IMG/VR virus record: IMGVR_UViG_3300021255_000050
Span: 32,001-96,000 of that record
Length of the DNA stretch: 64,000 nt
Reading direction: 5' to 3' (one strand)
Source: a virus
Lineage: Duplodnaviria > Caudoviricetes
The notes under the pieces were generated by a model that saw only the letters and a program-made list of their open reading frames with translations, did no database searches and had not been told where the DNA came from. Of this stretch, positions 1-10,872 are shown piece by piece. The position numbers and the translations under genes were made by a program. How positions within the stretch are numbered: position 1 is the first letter of the stretch; each line of letters opens with the position of its first letter.

Positions 1-273
1 GACAACCTAGCTGGTGTAGCTATATTTGCTGTTATATGTATATTTGCTTTTCTTGGTTGGGCCTGGTTTAGACGTAAACATGAAGAGGAATTAATAGTGG
101 CATTAGGGCTTCTTATAATTTCCTCGTTAGTGTTTGGCATAACTCTTGGCGTAAGAAACGAACCTTACTACATAGCAGTAGTTGATGAGAGTGCATCTTA
201 TACTCAGTTGACCGAGAAGTACAAGGTTCTGGAGCACTATGACAGCGTTTACTTTTTAAATGACGTACAATGA
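1..273 (+). CDS. Partial membrane protein (5' truncated by window)
   Basis: Open frame 1 from the window start to TGA; two hydrophobic stretches (AGVAIFAVICIFAFLGWAW; LIVALGLLIISSLVFGITLGV). Confidence 0.6.
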   Translation, partial: DNLAGVAIFAVICIFAFLGWAWFRRKHEEELIVALGLLIISSLVFGITLGVRNEPYYIAVVDESASYTQLTEKYKVLEHYDSVYFLNDVQ

Positions 274-287
274 AAAGAGAATTAACA

Positions 288-488
288 ATGGATGATCATG
301 TGTATAGCGTGCCAAGAAAAGTAAAACAGCTGGTAATACCTACAGGGACATTATGTTTTTGTCCTACATGCAACGAAGATATATACGAAGTCTGGCCTGA
401 AATATACTGTCCTTATTGTGGGCAGTGCCTCGATTGGAGCGCTACAATAATAGACCAAATTGGCAAGTTTGAGCCTAGGCCGAGGTGA
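288..488 (+). CDS. Zn-ribbon protein, tandem paralog 1
   Basis: MDDHVYSVPRK...CPTC...CPYCGQCLDW. Confidence 0.7.
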   Translation: MDDHVYSVPRKVKQLVIPTGTLCFCPTCNEDIYEVWPEIYCPYCGQCLDWSATIIDQIGKFEPRPR

Positions 489-497
489 TAGAAGCAA

Positions 498-800
498 ATG
501 GATAATAACGTATACACAGAACCAAAGAAACCGAAGTTAAAATTTGCGCGTGGATACATAGTAAGCTATTGCCCAACATGCGAAAACGAAGTGCGCATAG
601 AGCAATATGTTTGTTTGTGCTGTGGGCAGGTTCTAGAATGGAAAAATATAGCTACCCAGTATCTCATGAATGCACGATATAAACCCATAACACTTATGGA
701 AATGCTGGCAAGAGGCGAGCTAGATGGAAGACAGCGTGACATAAGTTATATACATGCTGGGGGAGAAGTTCTTGAGGTGATAGAAGCAAATGGACAATAA
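498..800 (+). CDS. Zn-ribbon protein, tandem paralog 2
   Basis: MDNNVYTEPK...CPTC...CLCCGQVLEW; SD GAGGTGA. Confidence 0.75.
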   Translation: MDNNVYTEPKKPKLKFARGYIVSYCPTCENEVRIEQYVCLCCGQVLEWKNIATQYLMNARYKPITLMEMLARGELDGRQRDISYIHAGGEVLEVIEANGQ

Positions 801-1197
801 CATATACACAGAACCAAAGTTCGTCAAGGAAAATGGCGGCAAGTTTGAATGCCCTACATGCAACATCGAGATAAACAAGCAGACATCTCCGCAGCAATGC
901 AAATACTGCGGACAGCTGCTTGACTGGAGACCGAAGGGGACAGTCTTCTTTAGAGGCCAAATGCTGCGTGTAGGTGAAGACGTTTTCTTTGGTCGGGAGC
1001 CGGCGCATCCGAGTGATAGGTTCGACGTTATGTCAGAGGCTATCGAAGCTTTTGATCTGGAGTTCGACACTTATTATGGTGATGACTTGACGATACAGGT
1101 AGATGGTTCCGCGCCTGTACAAGTTGAACAGATGTGGCTTTATCCGGTTGATCAATTAGCATGCCACCGGATTGATAGGGAGGTACGCAATGGATGA
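790..1197 (+). CDS. Zn-ribbon protein, tandem paralog 3
   Basis: MDNNIYTEPK...CPTC...CKYCGQLLDW. Confidence 0.75.
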   Translation: MDNNIYTEPKFVKENGGKFECPTCNIEINKQTSPQQCKYCGQLLDWRPKGTVFFRGQMLRVGEDVFFGREPAHPSDRFDVMSEAIEAFDLEFDTYYGDDLTIQVDGSAPVQVEQMWLYPVDQLACHRIDREVRNG

Positions 1198-1435
1198 TAA
1201 CATATACACAGAACCGAAACTGATAAAGCGCAAATCAGATACCATTTTTGGATATGCTTGCCCAACCTGCAACATGGATGTTCTGCCGAAAACTCCTAGT
1301 GTTTGTATGTACTGCGGGCAACTTCTATTGTGGCCAGACATACCGGCGAGACGTATCGATACAAGAGGCTATGTAGAAGATGTATTAAACGCAAATAGAC
1401 AGAGAATAGCAGCGGAGGCATTCGATGGACGATAA
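1190..1435 (+). CDS. Zn-ribbon protein, tandem paralog 4
   Basis: MDDNIYTEPK...CPTC...CMYCGQLLLW; SD GGAGGT. Confidence 0.75.
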   Translation: MDDNIYTEPKLIKRKSDTIFGYACPTCNMDVLPKTPSVCMYCGQLLLWPDIPARRIDTRGYVEDVLNANRQRIAAEAFDGR

Positions 1436-1721
1436 TATATACACAGAACCGAAACTAGTTAAATCAGATACAAATAGTATCTTTGGCCAGTACATGTGTC
1501 CTACTTGTAGTATGAGCATATCGCCAAAGGATTCACCACATCATTGCAAATACTGTGGACAATATCTGTTGTATCACGATCCAAACATGTTCTCATTTGA
1601 TCCAGAGAAATATAGAGGAATTGATCTTGCAACAGCTGTACAACAAACGATGGATCATCTAGCTACTGATCCAAGAATTGCACCAACTATGACGTTTGCA
1701 GAAGGAGGACTTGTACCATGA
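1425..1721 (+). CDS. Zn-ribbon protein, tandem paralog 5
   Basis: MDDNIYTEPK...CPTC...CKYCGQYLLY. Confidence 0.75.
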   Translation: MDDNIYTEPKLVKSDTNSIFGQYMCPTCSMSISPKDSPHHCKYCGQYLLYHDPNMFSFDPEKYRGIDLATAVQQTMDHLATDPRIAPTMTFAEGGLVP

Positions 1722-1921
1722 ACTTTTCTCATGCATGGGGATCAATGTATATCGAGGGTAAGAAAGCAAGGCGCCACGGTTGGAAAGGATACTGGGCGTG
1801 GGAGAACGGTTCGATCATGATGCATTGCGAAGATGGAACCGTGATGAATATCTTGGATACTGATGATGCTGTTGATACTCTTTTGAGCATTTGTGCAGAG
1901 GACTGGGAGGAAGCAGAATGA
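1718..1921 (+). CDS. Tad2-like (DUF2829-like) putative anti-defence sponge protein
   Basis: MNF..A......GKKARR.GW.G N-terminus and ..AEDWEE C-terminus typical of DUF2829/Tad2. Confidence 0.6.
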   Translation: MNFSHAWGSMYIEGKKARRHGWKGYWAWENGSIMMHCEDGTVMNILDTDDAVDTLLSICAEDWEEAE

Positions 1922-2238
1922 AGAAGCTTGCAATTATCTTTGTACTCGTTGTCGCTATCTTCGTGCTCGCTAGCTGCGATGCAAATATTAGCGGCAACCG
2001 CGTGATGTACGGCAAGGACGTGCAGACTTTTACGTATGCGTACATTCGCCTTGGTGACGCGCCGATCAAGGAAGGATACATCATACAGTGGCGCGACTAT
2101 GAAGACAGCGACGTGGTTCAGGTTATGATCGATGGCAAGTACTACCTGACACACTACACAAATGTCGTGATGGTTGCCGACCCTTCGCATGGCAATCTTG
2201 ACTACAGCAATTCTGGTACATATGGGGTGACGGAATGA
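1918..2238 (+). CDS. Predicted lipoprotein
   Basis: MKKLAIIFVLVVAIFVLASC lipobox signal peptide. Confidence 0.65.
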   Translation: MKKLAIIFVLVVAIFVLASCDANISGNRVMYGKDVQTFTYAYIRLGDAPIKEGYIIQWRDYEDSDVVQVMIDGKYYLTHYTNVVMVADPSHGNLDYSNSGTYGVTE

Positions 2239-2370
2239 GTATATATAGAATGGCGAGTCTGATTGACGAACTGCTGGATGAGGCACTGAATGACCTTGAT
2301 CCTGATGACTATAAGAACCTCCTCGACATGGTTGTCAATATTTGCGAGGAAAGAAAAGAGGACGAATAAT

Positions 2371-2628
2371 ATGTACGGATTTGATTATGCTATTACTCGT
2401 GTTAAAGCTGGCGCTAAGATGAAGCGTGCCGGATGGAATGGCAAGGGCCAGTATATCGAACTGGCGACGAACGTATCCTTCATGCGCCCGAATGGCGATG
2501 TCGTGAACGTGGACCACGCACAGATGGGCAACAAAGCGATCGCTTTCCATGGAACAAGCGGAGTCCAGCTTGGGTGGCTTGCATCGCAGGCTGATATGCT
2601 GGCTGAAGATTGGGTTGAAGTCGAATGA
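2371..2628 (+). CDS. DUF2829/Tad2-like protein
   Basis: F..AI..VKAG.KM.RAGWNGKGQYI ... GWLASQADMLAEDW signature. Confidence 0.8.
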   Translation: MYGFDYAITRVKAGAKMKRAGWNGKGQYIELATNVSFMRPNGDVVNVDHAQMGNKAIAFHGTSGVQLGWLASQADMLAEDWVEVE

Positions 2629-4243
2629 GTAACGAAAAGCAGATCGTTATTGATTGCACTAAAGGTAAGTCCGAAGAATTTAAAATGATTGCCTATGGCG
2701 AAGATCATGATACTGTATGTACAACTATAGTAAGAGGGATACCTATAAGTCTCTCTTACACCGTTACTAGTAGCGAGGTTTTTGGCACAACAGAAATTGA
2801 TGTAACATTCCATATACTTTGTGACGCAGAACAAGAAAGTGTTGAGGCAGAATGATCGACCCGAAGAAAGCTGTTGAGTGGTTCGAGCGTTGGGATTTGA
2901 CGCCTGATTCAGCAACCTATGCGCTGAAGAACTACATAACATTGATCAACGACATAACCGGCGGCCGGCTGTCAAGGCTTGGCTATAGTGCAGCTTATAT
3001 CGAAAACATTGCTGACGATTATAAAGCCGGGGTATGCGAGGAGTGTGCTCGCGAAATGCGCGATGGTCTTAAGGACCAACTGAAAAGTGTGATGTGGGAA
3101 GTACAGGCACTGAAAGATATGCTTGATGATTAAGGAGTACGGTAATGGTAAATAAATTGAGACCCCGTGCTATGATCAGAGAATGCCATGATGCCGATGG
3201 ACGTAGCACATGGCGAGAGATTTATTACTTTTGTCCGCTGTGTGACAGAGCAATCAGTGGCTATAAGGAAGAGACAGCATGCGATATATGCGGAACGTTC
3301 TACGACTGGGGCGTAAGAGAGCCTCGTATTAAGACAACATATACTGTGGAGTGGTGATACGATGCATGATTTTCCTGCGATACTGTTTCTTCCAGTATGT
3401 TCTGAATGCAGAGAAATCCTGCATGAGCGGATCAATTGCGCTATGGACATTGAATCTAGCCCGCACACCAGAGGCTACAATATTCCGTTTATTGATATAC
3501 GACCTCGTCAATGTCCGCATTGTGGAGCGCTTTTCGAAAGAGTTACATATATCACTGATAATAGGCCATCTGAAGTAAGAACGAAAGAGCTTGAAGACGA
3601 GCTGCGAATGGAGTGAATTAGATGACAGTTAGAGATTGCATGAAAGAAATTGATTGGATTGATGTTTCTCTTGGCGCACTTATAAGGTTAGAGGATGGAC
3701 GCATAGCAAATCTTTCGACAGAAGAGGTCGTTATGATTCGACAATTGCTTCAACATTATGCGGAGAACATAAAACAAAAGAAGATCGAAGCTTAATCAAT
3801 CGGCAATAAGGAGCAGGTTATGGAAGAAAAGGTTCCTGTGGACACAAAGTATATCGGCACGTTCGCCGGCGATATAGAAGTATGGTGCTGTAGAGAATGC
3901 CGGGCCGTTCTTGACCCGGCATTTAACTATTGTCCGCACTGTGGTGTTGAGCTTGACTGGACAGAAGCAAAGGAGATTGAAGACGATGATAGTGACCTTG
4001 GGTGTGATTATTAATGATATCATTGTGCACTTTTGGGAGATCCTGCTGATTAGTATTCTAGCTGTCATCGCTGTTATCTTGGAGATATATTCAAAATGAG
4101 TAGAGTTGTTTTGTATATAGTAGCTGATAACGGATGGTGTGTCCCGTATCGGAAAGCATATAGGAAAGCGCGATACAGGAAGAAGATGGGCAGGTATCAT
4201 AACTGGCACGGATTCCACAAGAACGAGAAAGGCTGGCCGAAAG

Positions 4244-4486
4244 ATGACTGAAGGATGGATCAGCACCAAGGACAGGATGCCGGAAGACCACGAGATGGTC
4301 CTTGGATATACTCCATGCGATGGCGTTATGTTCGTTGGTTTCCACAAAGTTTATAGGTATTCCTGGGGAGATGATGCCAAATGGTACATTGCGACTGCAA
4401 TGGGATCCACGAAAACCATGCGCAAGAGAGTTAGCCACTGGATGCCGCTGCCTGCGCCGCCTACGGGGATGGTGCATAACGAATGA
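4244..4486 (+). CDS. DUF551 family phage protein
   Basis: WISTKDRMPE ... VSHWMPLPAPP. Confidence 0.75.
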   Translation: MTEGWISTKDRMPEDHEMVLGYTPCDGVMFVGFHKVYRYSWGDDAKWYIATAMGSTKTMRKRVSHWMPLPAPPTGMVHNE

Positions 4487-5034
4487 CGATTGAGGAACTC
4501 GAACAAGCTGTGAATGAGGCGTGGAACATGGGCTGGATTGCAATCGATGATGTGCGCGAGCTTATCGAACGCTTGCATGAACAGCCGATCGTACGCTGCA
4601 AGGACTGCAAATACTACTGCAGCACAGGTGGATTCTGTACATATGACGGCCTACTTAACCGGAACTATAAGCATACATATGGCTGGGGATGTTATGACGA
4701 TTGGTACTGCGCAGATGGGGAACGGAAGAAAGGGCGGTAAATATGATGATTGAGCGGGAGAAGGTAATCAAAGGGTTTGAATGCTGTTTAAGCTTAAGCG
4801 ATAATTTCCCTGACGAATGCCTCAAATGTCCATACGTAAGCGACATGGACAGTGAAGTTACTTGCATGCGAAAGATGGGATCAGATGCCATTACCCTGCT
4901 GAAAGAGCAGGGAGCGGTGGAGCCGATATACAGTTATGGAACTTTCAGATGTGGAAAATGTAAAAACATTGTCGGATACAATGATGGTTGTGGACATGGA
5001 TATCAAAATAATTTTTGCAGTAATTGCGGAAAGG

Positions 5035-6186
5035 CGGTGAAGTGGAATGGCTAACAGAAAAGAAGTATTACATGGGCTTGAAGACGAAATTTCGAGGGCA
5101 GAACGGAACGACACAGAATGGAATGATTGCGTTCCGGTTTGGGTGTTTCGTGGTGCGTATGAATTGTTGAAAGAACAAGCACCTGTAGCACCTCAAAAGC
5201 ATTACAACAAAAATGCAGATTTACTTTATGCGTGCGGAAAATGCCACAATGATTTGAAACCGAATAACCGTAACGCAAAGTTCTGCTGGTTTTGCGGACA
5301 AGCGGTGAAGTGGGAATGAAGTGCAGTTACAATAACAGACCGAAAAACATTTTTCCTTGTTCGGTTTGCAATTTCAAAGGAATTGATTGTGAAAATGCAA
5401 AGGGACGAGAACCGATAACATGTATGCATTGCCGAAATTATTGTGGGATAAACAAATTGGTGTGTAGCGAACGGAAAGGATACAACCTCAGACCGTGTGA
5501 AAAATTTATGTGGGATTAAAGGCGGTGAAGTGGGAATGAGCTGGCGTATTCCTTCACGAGAAGAAGCAGAAGAATACACTCTGGCATATCTTGCCGCGCA
5601 GGAAGTTTATTTCGAGGAACACGTTGATGATTGTTGTGAAACGTGTGGTTTCTACGAAAACGGTAAATGCTATTTGGACATCGGCGAGCTTGTCGAAAAA
5701 GACTACAGTTGCAAATTCTATGCAAGGCGGTGAAGTGGGAATGAAGGGAAACGAAGTAACAGCCGAAGACACGGAGAAATGGAAAAAAGATGGAATGATT
5801 CCTGCGACATGTAGATTATGCGGTGAAGTTGTTTTGCATCCAAGCAAATTTTTCAAGAAAGACGAATTGACTAATTACGAATGCGCTAACTGCAAAATGT
5901 ACCTCAGACTGTTAGGAAGACGGTGAAGTAGAATGATTATTGATGTCGTAAAAAGTAAAGGTATCCCTTTTAGGTGCAATACCTGCAATGCCTATTTTGC
6001 ATGGAAACCTGATGGACATGGGGGATGCCGTATACGTTCAAGATACCTACAATGTGAAAAAGTTGAATGTAACTATTATACACCAACAGAAAAGTACTGC
6101 CCCGAATGCGGAGGAAATGATCTTACAGAGGTTCCAGTGATGGTCTATAAAATCATAAGAAAGATTAGGTCGGTGAAGTGGGTATG
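5035..6186 (+). repeat. Six copies of gene-junction motif CGGTGAAGT(G/A)G..ATG
   Basis: Copies start at 5035, 5303, 5523, 5728, 5921 and 6171; each directly precedes the ATG of the next small gene (5047, 5316, 5536, 5741, 5933, 6184). Confidence 0.85.
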
Positions 6187-6339
6187 ACGATTAAAGAGTT
6201 TATTGAGATCCTCAAGAAATATCCGAAGTATTACAAACTGATCGACAGCTCAGCTGAGAATGGCACAATCACAGTCATAGATGAGAATGGCAAGATGGCT
6301 GATATTCTTTTCCTCGAAGAAGTGCTGCCGAGGGAGTGA
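6184..6339 (+). CDS. 51-aa hypothetical protein, tandem copy 1
   Basis: MTIKEFIEILKKYPKYYKL...LFLEEVLPRE; paralog of 6344-6499. Confidence 0.7.
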   Translation: MTIKEFIEILKKYPKYYKLIDSSAENGTITVIDENGKMADILFLEEVLPRE

Positions 6340-6343
6340 GAAG

Positions 6344-6499
6344 ATGACGATTAAAAAGTTTATTAAGATCCTCAAGAAATATCCTAAGTATTACAAACTG
6401 TACGACGGCTCTTTTGGAAATGGTATAATCGTAGTAAGAGATGAGAACGGCAAGATTGCAAAACTTCTTTTCCTCGAAGAAGTTCTGCAGAAGGATTGA
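6344..6499 (+). CDS. 51-aa hypothetical protein, tandem copy 2
   Basis: MTIKKFIKILKKYPKYYKL...LFLEEVLQKD. Confidence 0.7.
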   Translation: MTIKKFIKILKKYPKYYKLYDGSFGNGIIVVRDENGKIAKLLFLEEVLQKD

Positions 6500-7417
6500 G
6501 AAGATGGCAGACACACAAAAGATGTTGCTCAGCCTCAGACAAATGTTAGGCGCTATGAACGGCGGCCTTACATATGTAAACGATGAAGACGAGATCAGAC
6601 CGTGCGGCACTAGATGGGAGTTCTGCAATGGCAAGTGCAGTGAATGCCCTAAGGCTAATGCTGCTGTAAGTACAAGGAGCGAACCATGAGCGTTATCGTT
6701 AAAGGCATGCATATGCCAACTAGCTGTGAATGCCTTAGTGCTAGGTGTCCTTTGTTTAGGTATGATGAATGGGACGGCGAAACATGCGGATACAAACCAG
6801 GCTGGACACTTCACAAACGCAGCTACTATGAAGTCATCAAGCCAGACTGGTGTCCTCTTGTTGATCTGGTCACGTGCGAAGATTGTATACACGCTATCTA
6901 CGATCAGGATGGCAATGCTAAATACTGCAATATCGATGAAGATGAAGATGGAAGACCTATCAGAAAGGTAAGCAACGACTATTATTGTGCCGAGGGGAAA
7001 CGTTATGAAGAGGATGTACAGCTGTGTGGTCAGTGACAACTACGGCGCTACATACATGATAACCAGCAAGTATAACTCCGTCGAGCATGCTTTTGCCGAC
7101 CTTGAGAGCCAGGGCTACCATGTTATTTCAGTGCGCCAAACAGGTGACGATTGGTATGCCATAGATTTCACGCCAGAAGATTGGGCCACTATCAGAACAT
7201 ATAAGGAAACTGTCGGTGCTATTGACATGAAGTCTGCGATCATGAACGCAATTAGCGTTGCATCGGACGATGTAATATGGAAGGAGCCTAAATGGCAGGA
7301 TCTGAAGGAAACAATCGAGGAGCTACATGATAACAACCAAGGCAAGCCTGAGGTTGAACTTGTTACACGGTTCCTGTTGAGTCTCATGAATGTACTGGAG
7401 AAAAAGGAGAATGATGA

Positions 7418-7696
7418 ATGACATCCAACAAGTTTATTAACGCAGCAAAGAACGCTGTGATTGATGTAGCCAAGCATGAACTTGGCATTGATGTTGACTT
7501 CGATAGTCTGCAGCTCGTGTGGTTCGCGCACGAATTGGGCTATAAGAAATGCACACTGTTCGCGAAGGAGCTTGACCTTATGTACCCCGAAGTGACGTAC
7601 AATCTTGCGAAGAACGAGATGTACGTGGATATGTACAAGAAGACGAGCAACACGGTTTTCGACGCTGAGAGGATTGAGTTTCTTTCACGGAGGTAA
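7418..7696 (+). CDS. DUF6275-like phage protein
   Basis: VWF..ELG..KC.L......YPEVTYN..KNEMYVDMYKK..N pattern. Confidence 0.6.
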   Translation: MTSNKFINAAKNAVIDVAKHELGIDVDFDSLQLVWFAHELGYKKCTLFAKELDLMYPEVTYNLAKNEMYVDMYKKTSNTVFDAERIEFLSRR

Positions 7697-8839
7697 GTAT
7701 GGACAGCAGTGCTGGATTGTTTTATATATCGTGTATGTCTGGTGGAATGGCACATTCCGCGTCTTTAGACTCCGGTTTGCGGGCTGCGTTTTTGCATGCT
7801 GGAATAGATGTGGGCCCAAAAGATATGAAGAAATGCTGCGAGAACTGTAAGCATATGCTGAGTTTGAAAGAGTACGACTATCGTGACGGCGGTTGCAAGC
7901 ATACCGAGATGGATGGTTTCGTTTGCCTTGCATTTGCAGACGAAGGGCTTGCATGCTGGATGCGAGGCATTGATATGAAGACAAAAACATGTGAGGCATA
8001 CGAGCATGTTTGAGTACGTAGTTTCTTTTGAAGACGGTGGCTGCAACAAGGTTACAAAGAACGGTCTTGTCGGAACTGGCAGCTTCACTGAAGCTTGCAG
8101 GGCGCTGGTAGATTATTACGGAAACGATTTGGAATATGTTAGCCTGAACAAAGCAGAGACTGTGATTGAAGACGCTAACGATATATCAATGCAAAAGTTT
8201 ATGAATATAATTCGAAGTGAGTGCAAGGAGTGAGATACTATGACAGGCCGTGAACTGATAGAATGGATCGTAAAAAATAACGCCGAGGACAAGGAAGTCA
8301 TCATAGAGCACAGGGATTCCGGGGGATCGTATCGCACTGCAGAACGGCTCGGTGAGTTTTCCGAACCAACCTTAGTAAAGTTCTCTGAAGGGTCGGATGG
8401 AGTTATCTCAAAGTTAAAGTATGAATATGACGAGATAGACTTCAAGCCGAATGGTATTATACTTTAAGGAGCGGGGCTAGATGATTATCGGTACCAGTAT
8501 TCCATGGTATGAAATGTCGTGTTCATACGGAACGGCGATAGATGTTATCCCACAAAATGTCTGGTTTATAGGAGTTTAATATGGGGATGATAGAGGATAC
8601 GTATATTCGCGCACTTGCGAAGGAAAGTACAAGTATCCCAGAAAAGCAGAAGCAACGTATTCGAGAACGCTTCACCGCAAAACAATTGCTGTATGAGAAT
8701 CACAGATACTACTGCCCGCATTGCGAAATGCCCACACCGAAGATGTCAAAATACTGTTGTAATTGTGGGCAAAAGGTCACGTTAGAAAAACCTACGATGG
8801 CTGTTCTTGATTAAATTAACACTTTAGGTGGAGTTCTTT

Positions 8840-8992
8840 ATGACAGTAAGAGAGCTGATTGAATTATTACGACAAGAAAACCCTGATGCGCTTGTTTACA
8901 CAATGGATAACACGGATGATATCGCACTGATTGTCACAAGAGTAAGCAGGAATATTCTTGAAGGGAAAGACGAGACAGTTACAATACATTAA
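8840..8992 (+). CDS. 50-aa hypothetical protein (dispersed duplicate of 11786-11938)
   Basis: MTVRELIELLRQENPDALVYTMDNTDD...; same length and strong identity with the second copy. Confidence 0.7.
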   Translation: MTVRELIELLRQENPDALVYTMDNTDDIALIVTRVSRNILEGKDETVTIH

Positions 8993-9340
8993 ATAGGAGG
9001 TTAGAGCATGGATGAACGCGATTGGTGGATTGAACTCGATAGGCGCATCTACATAGATGAAGATAAGGGATATTATAAGATTGCACTTACGTTCGATGAG
9101 GCCAGGGAAATCATCAAGTTGTTACAAGAACTTGATGATATGAAGGTGAATGACATAACTTAAATAATACGAGGTAATTTTATGACAGTTGAGGATATTG
9201 ATGCCCCGTGCAATGAATGTGAATATGCTGATTACTCTCCATTCGCTCAGCCATGTGCCGATTGTGGTTTTGACTGCCGCAATTTCAAACCAAGACAGAT
9301 GGACGTCGGAATTGTTCTTGATGATGACGGATTCTAACTA

Positions 9341-9472
9341 AAATATGGCTAACACTCAGAAAGGAAGTGTGAATCCGTACAGGGGCAGGTGCCTGCCTCC
9401 ATGCCGTCGGCTGTGGACGTTAACAACAGGGAAGCACACAGTTCAAGTCTGTGCTGTACGGAAGCCATATTT
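9341..9472 (+). ncRNA. Putative structured RNA with tRNA-like T-arm
   Basis: Intergenic; closing helix AAATATGGCT/AGCCATATTT, inner TCCGTACAG/CTGTACGGA, T-arm-like CACAG-TTCAAGT-CTGTG. Confidence 0.5.
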
Positions 9473-10000
9473 AAGCTTAAATAACACATTTATGGAGGTA
9501 GCATGAAAAAAGGCTGCGATTACAAGAGACGCAAAATACCTAAAGACTGCCTGAGTTGTGCACAATCATTCAGCGCAGATGACGAGGATGGTAACATGAT
9601 ACTTGTATGTGTCAAGGACAGCGATCCGTCGTATGTTGTTGTACCAGAAGATGGATACTGCGATGAATGGAAGGACTAACATGATAGAGTGGAAAGAAAC
9701 TGATTTGTGGAAATTCACAGCAGAACATCAGGACGCCGATGTCAATATATGGGGTGGGTACATTGGTAAAAACGATGGGTACACACCGTTTGGATATACC
9801 GTAGATTATGAAAATAAAATTTGGTACTTCGGGCTTGATGGTCACTTCATTAAATGTAAAGCTATGTAATGGTTTTCTGATTAACGCTGGTTCAGATGCA
9901 ACAGGCTCGGTTATGCCTTCCATCTAGCTTGCCGGAGTAGACAGGTGCGGTGAAACGTGATTCAAGACTCCGTAAATGGGAGAAACGGCAAGCATAACTT

Positions 10001-10100
10001 ATGCGGTGGTGTAAAGAGTCCGATGAGGTTTTCCGGAAAAGTTGAAAGCACACAGGACCTGAAATCCTGAGGAGTTGGTTAGAATCCAACCCGCATTCCA
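10001..10100 (+). ncRNA. tRNA-like RNA with greatly expanded D-loop
   Basis: ATGCGG/CCGCAT acceptor + T-CCA end; anticodon-like arm CAGGA-CCTGAAA-TCCTG; T-arm GTTGG-TTAGAAT-CCAAC; ~35-nt D-loop. Confidence 0.5.
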
Positions 10101-10872
10101 TGAGGTGTTTATTATGACATGGGAAGAACTCACAGAAGCAATGAAACGGGATTGTTATGAATCCTATGTTGCTGAAATCATTTACGAGAACGGAGATAAT
10201 GCGCCACGCTTTACATATGAAGAATGGTGCAAAGAATCTGAGGCATTCGGATTTCCATTATGTGACTGCATATAATGAATGGTCGTGATGTAATGGGCAA
10301 ACCAAAAAGAAAACGGCGACCATCTGTACCACACTGGTGGCTGCTTGGTTCTGATGGTTGCTGGTGGTGTAAGAATCGCAACAACTGCAACCAATGCAAG
10401 ACGATTAAAAACGTAAGCCCTAAAAAGCAAGAGCTGCAGGAAAAAGAACGCTGCAAATTAAGAGGTGATTCATATGAGCCTGGATAAAGCGATTAAGCAT
10501 GGCAAGGAGCACCGCAAACCATACACTGGCAGCAAGGTTTACTTCAGCTCATGCCGCAATCATGGCAGCTGTCCTTGGTGCGAGCGAGACCGCAGACATA
10601 AATTCCGTGACAAACATCCATATGACTTAAAAGAACCTCCGCAAATCTCGAAAAATGCGGAGGTTTATTTAAATAAAGAAGTAAAGGGTGTGAGAAATTG
10701 ATAAGTGGCTTTCCGTACAAATGCATTGAGTGCGTGCACTGTGACGCAGCCAACCATAAGTGCTACCCGGAATCGCGGGACTGCAAGAGCGAATACGATC
10801 TAACTGACGAGGATATATACCAGACATCATATGACCGGTGTGATTTTTACAGCCCGAAACGAAAGGATTAAC

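Noticed and set aside
5035-6186. CRISPR array
   Set aside because: Repeats are ~16 nt and separated by whole 190-270-bp genes; no cas genes
10008-10052. Hammerhead ribozyme (CCGATGAG...GAAA) inside the tRNA-like element
   Set aside because: The core deviates from CUGANGA and no stem III with a UH cleavage site or stem I could be built
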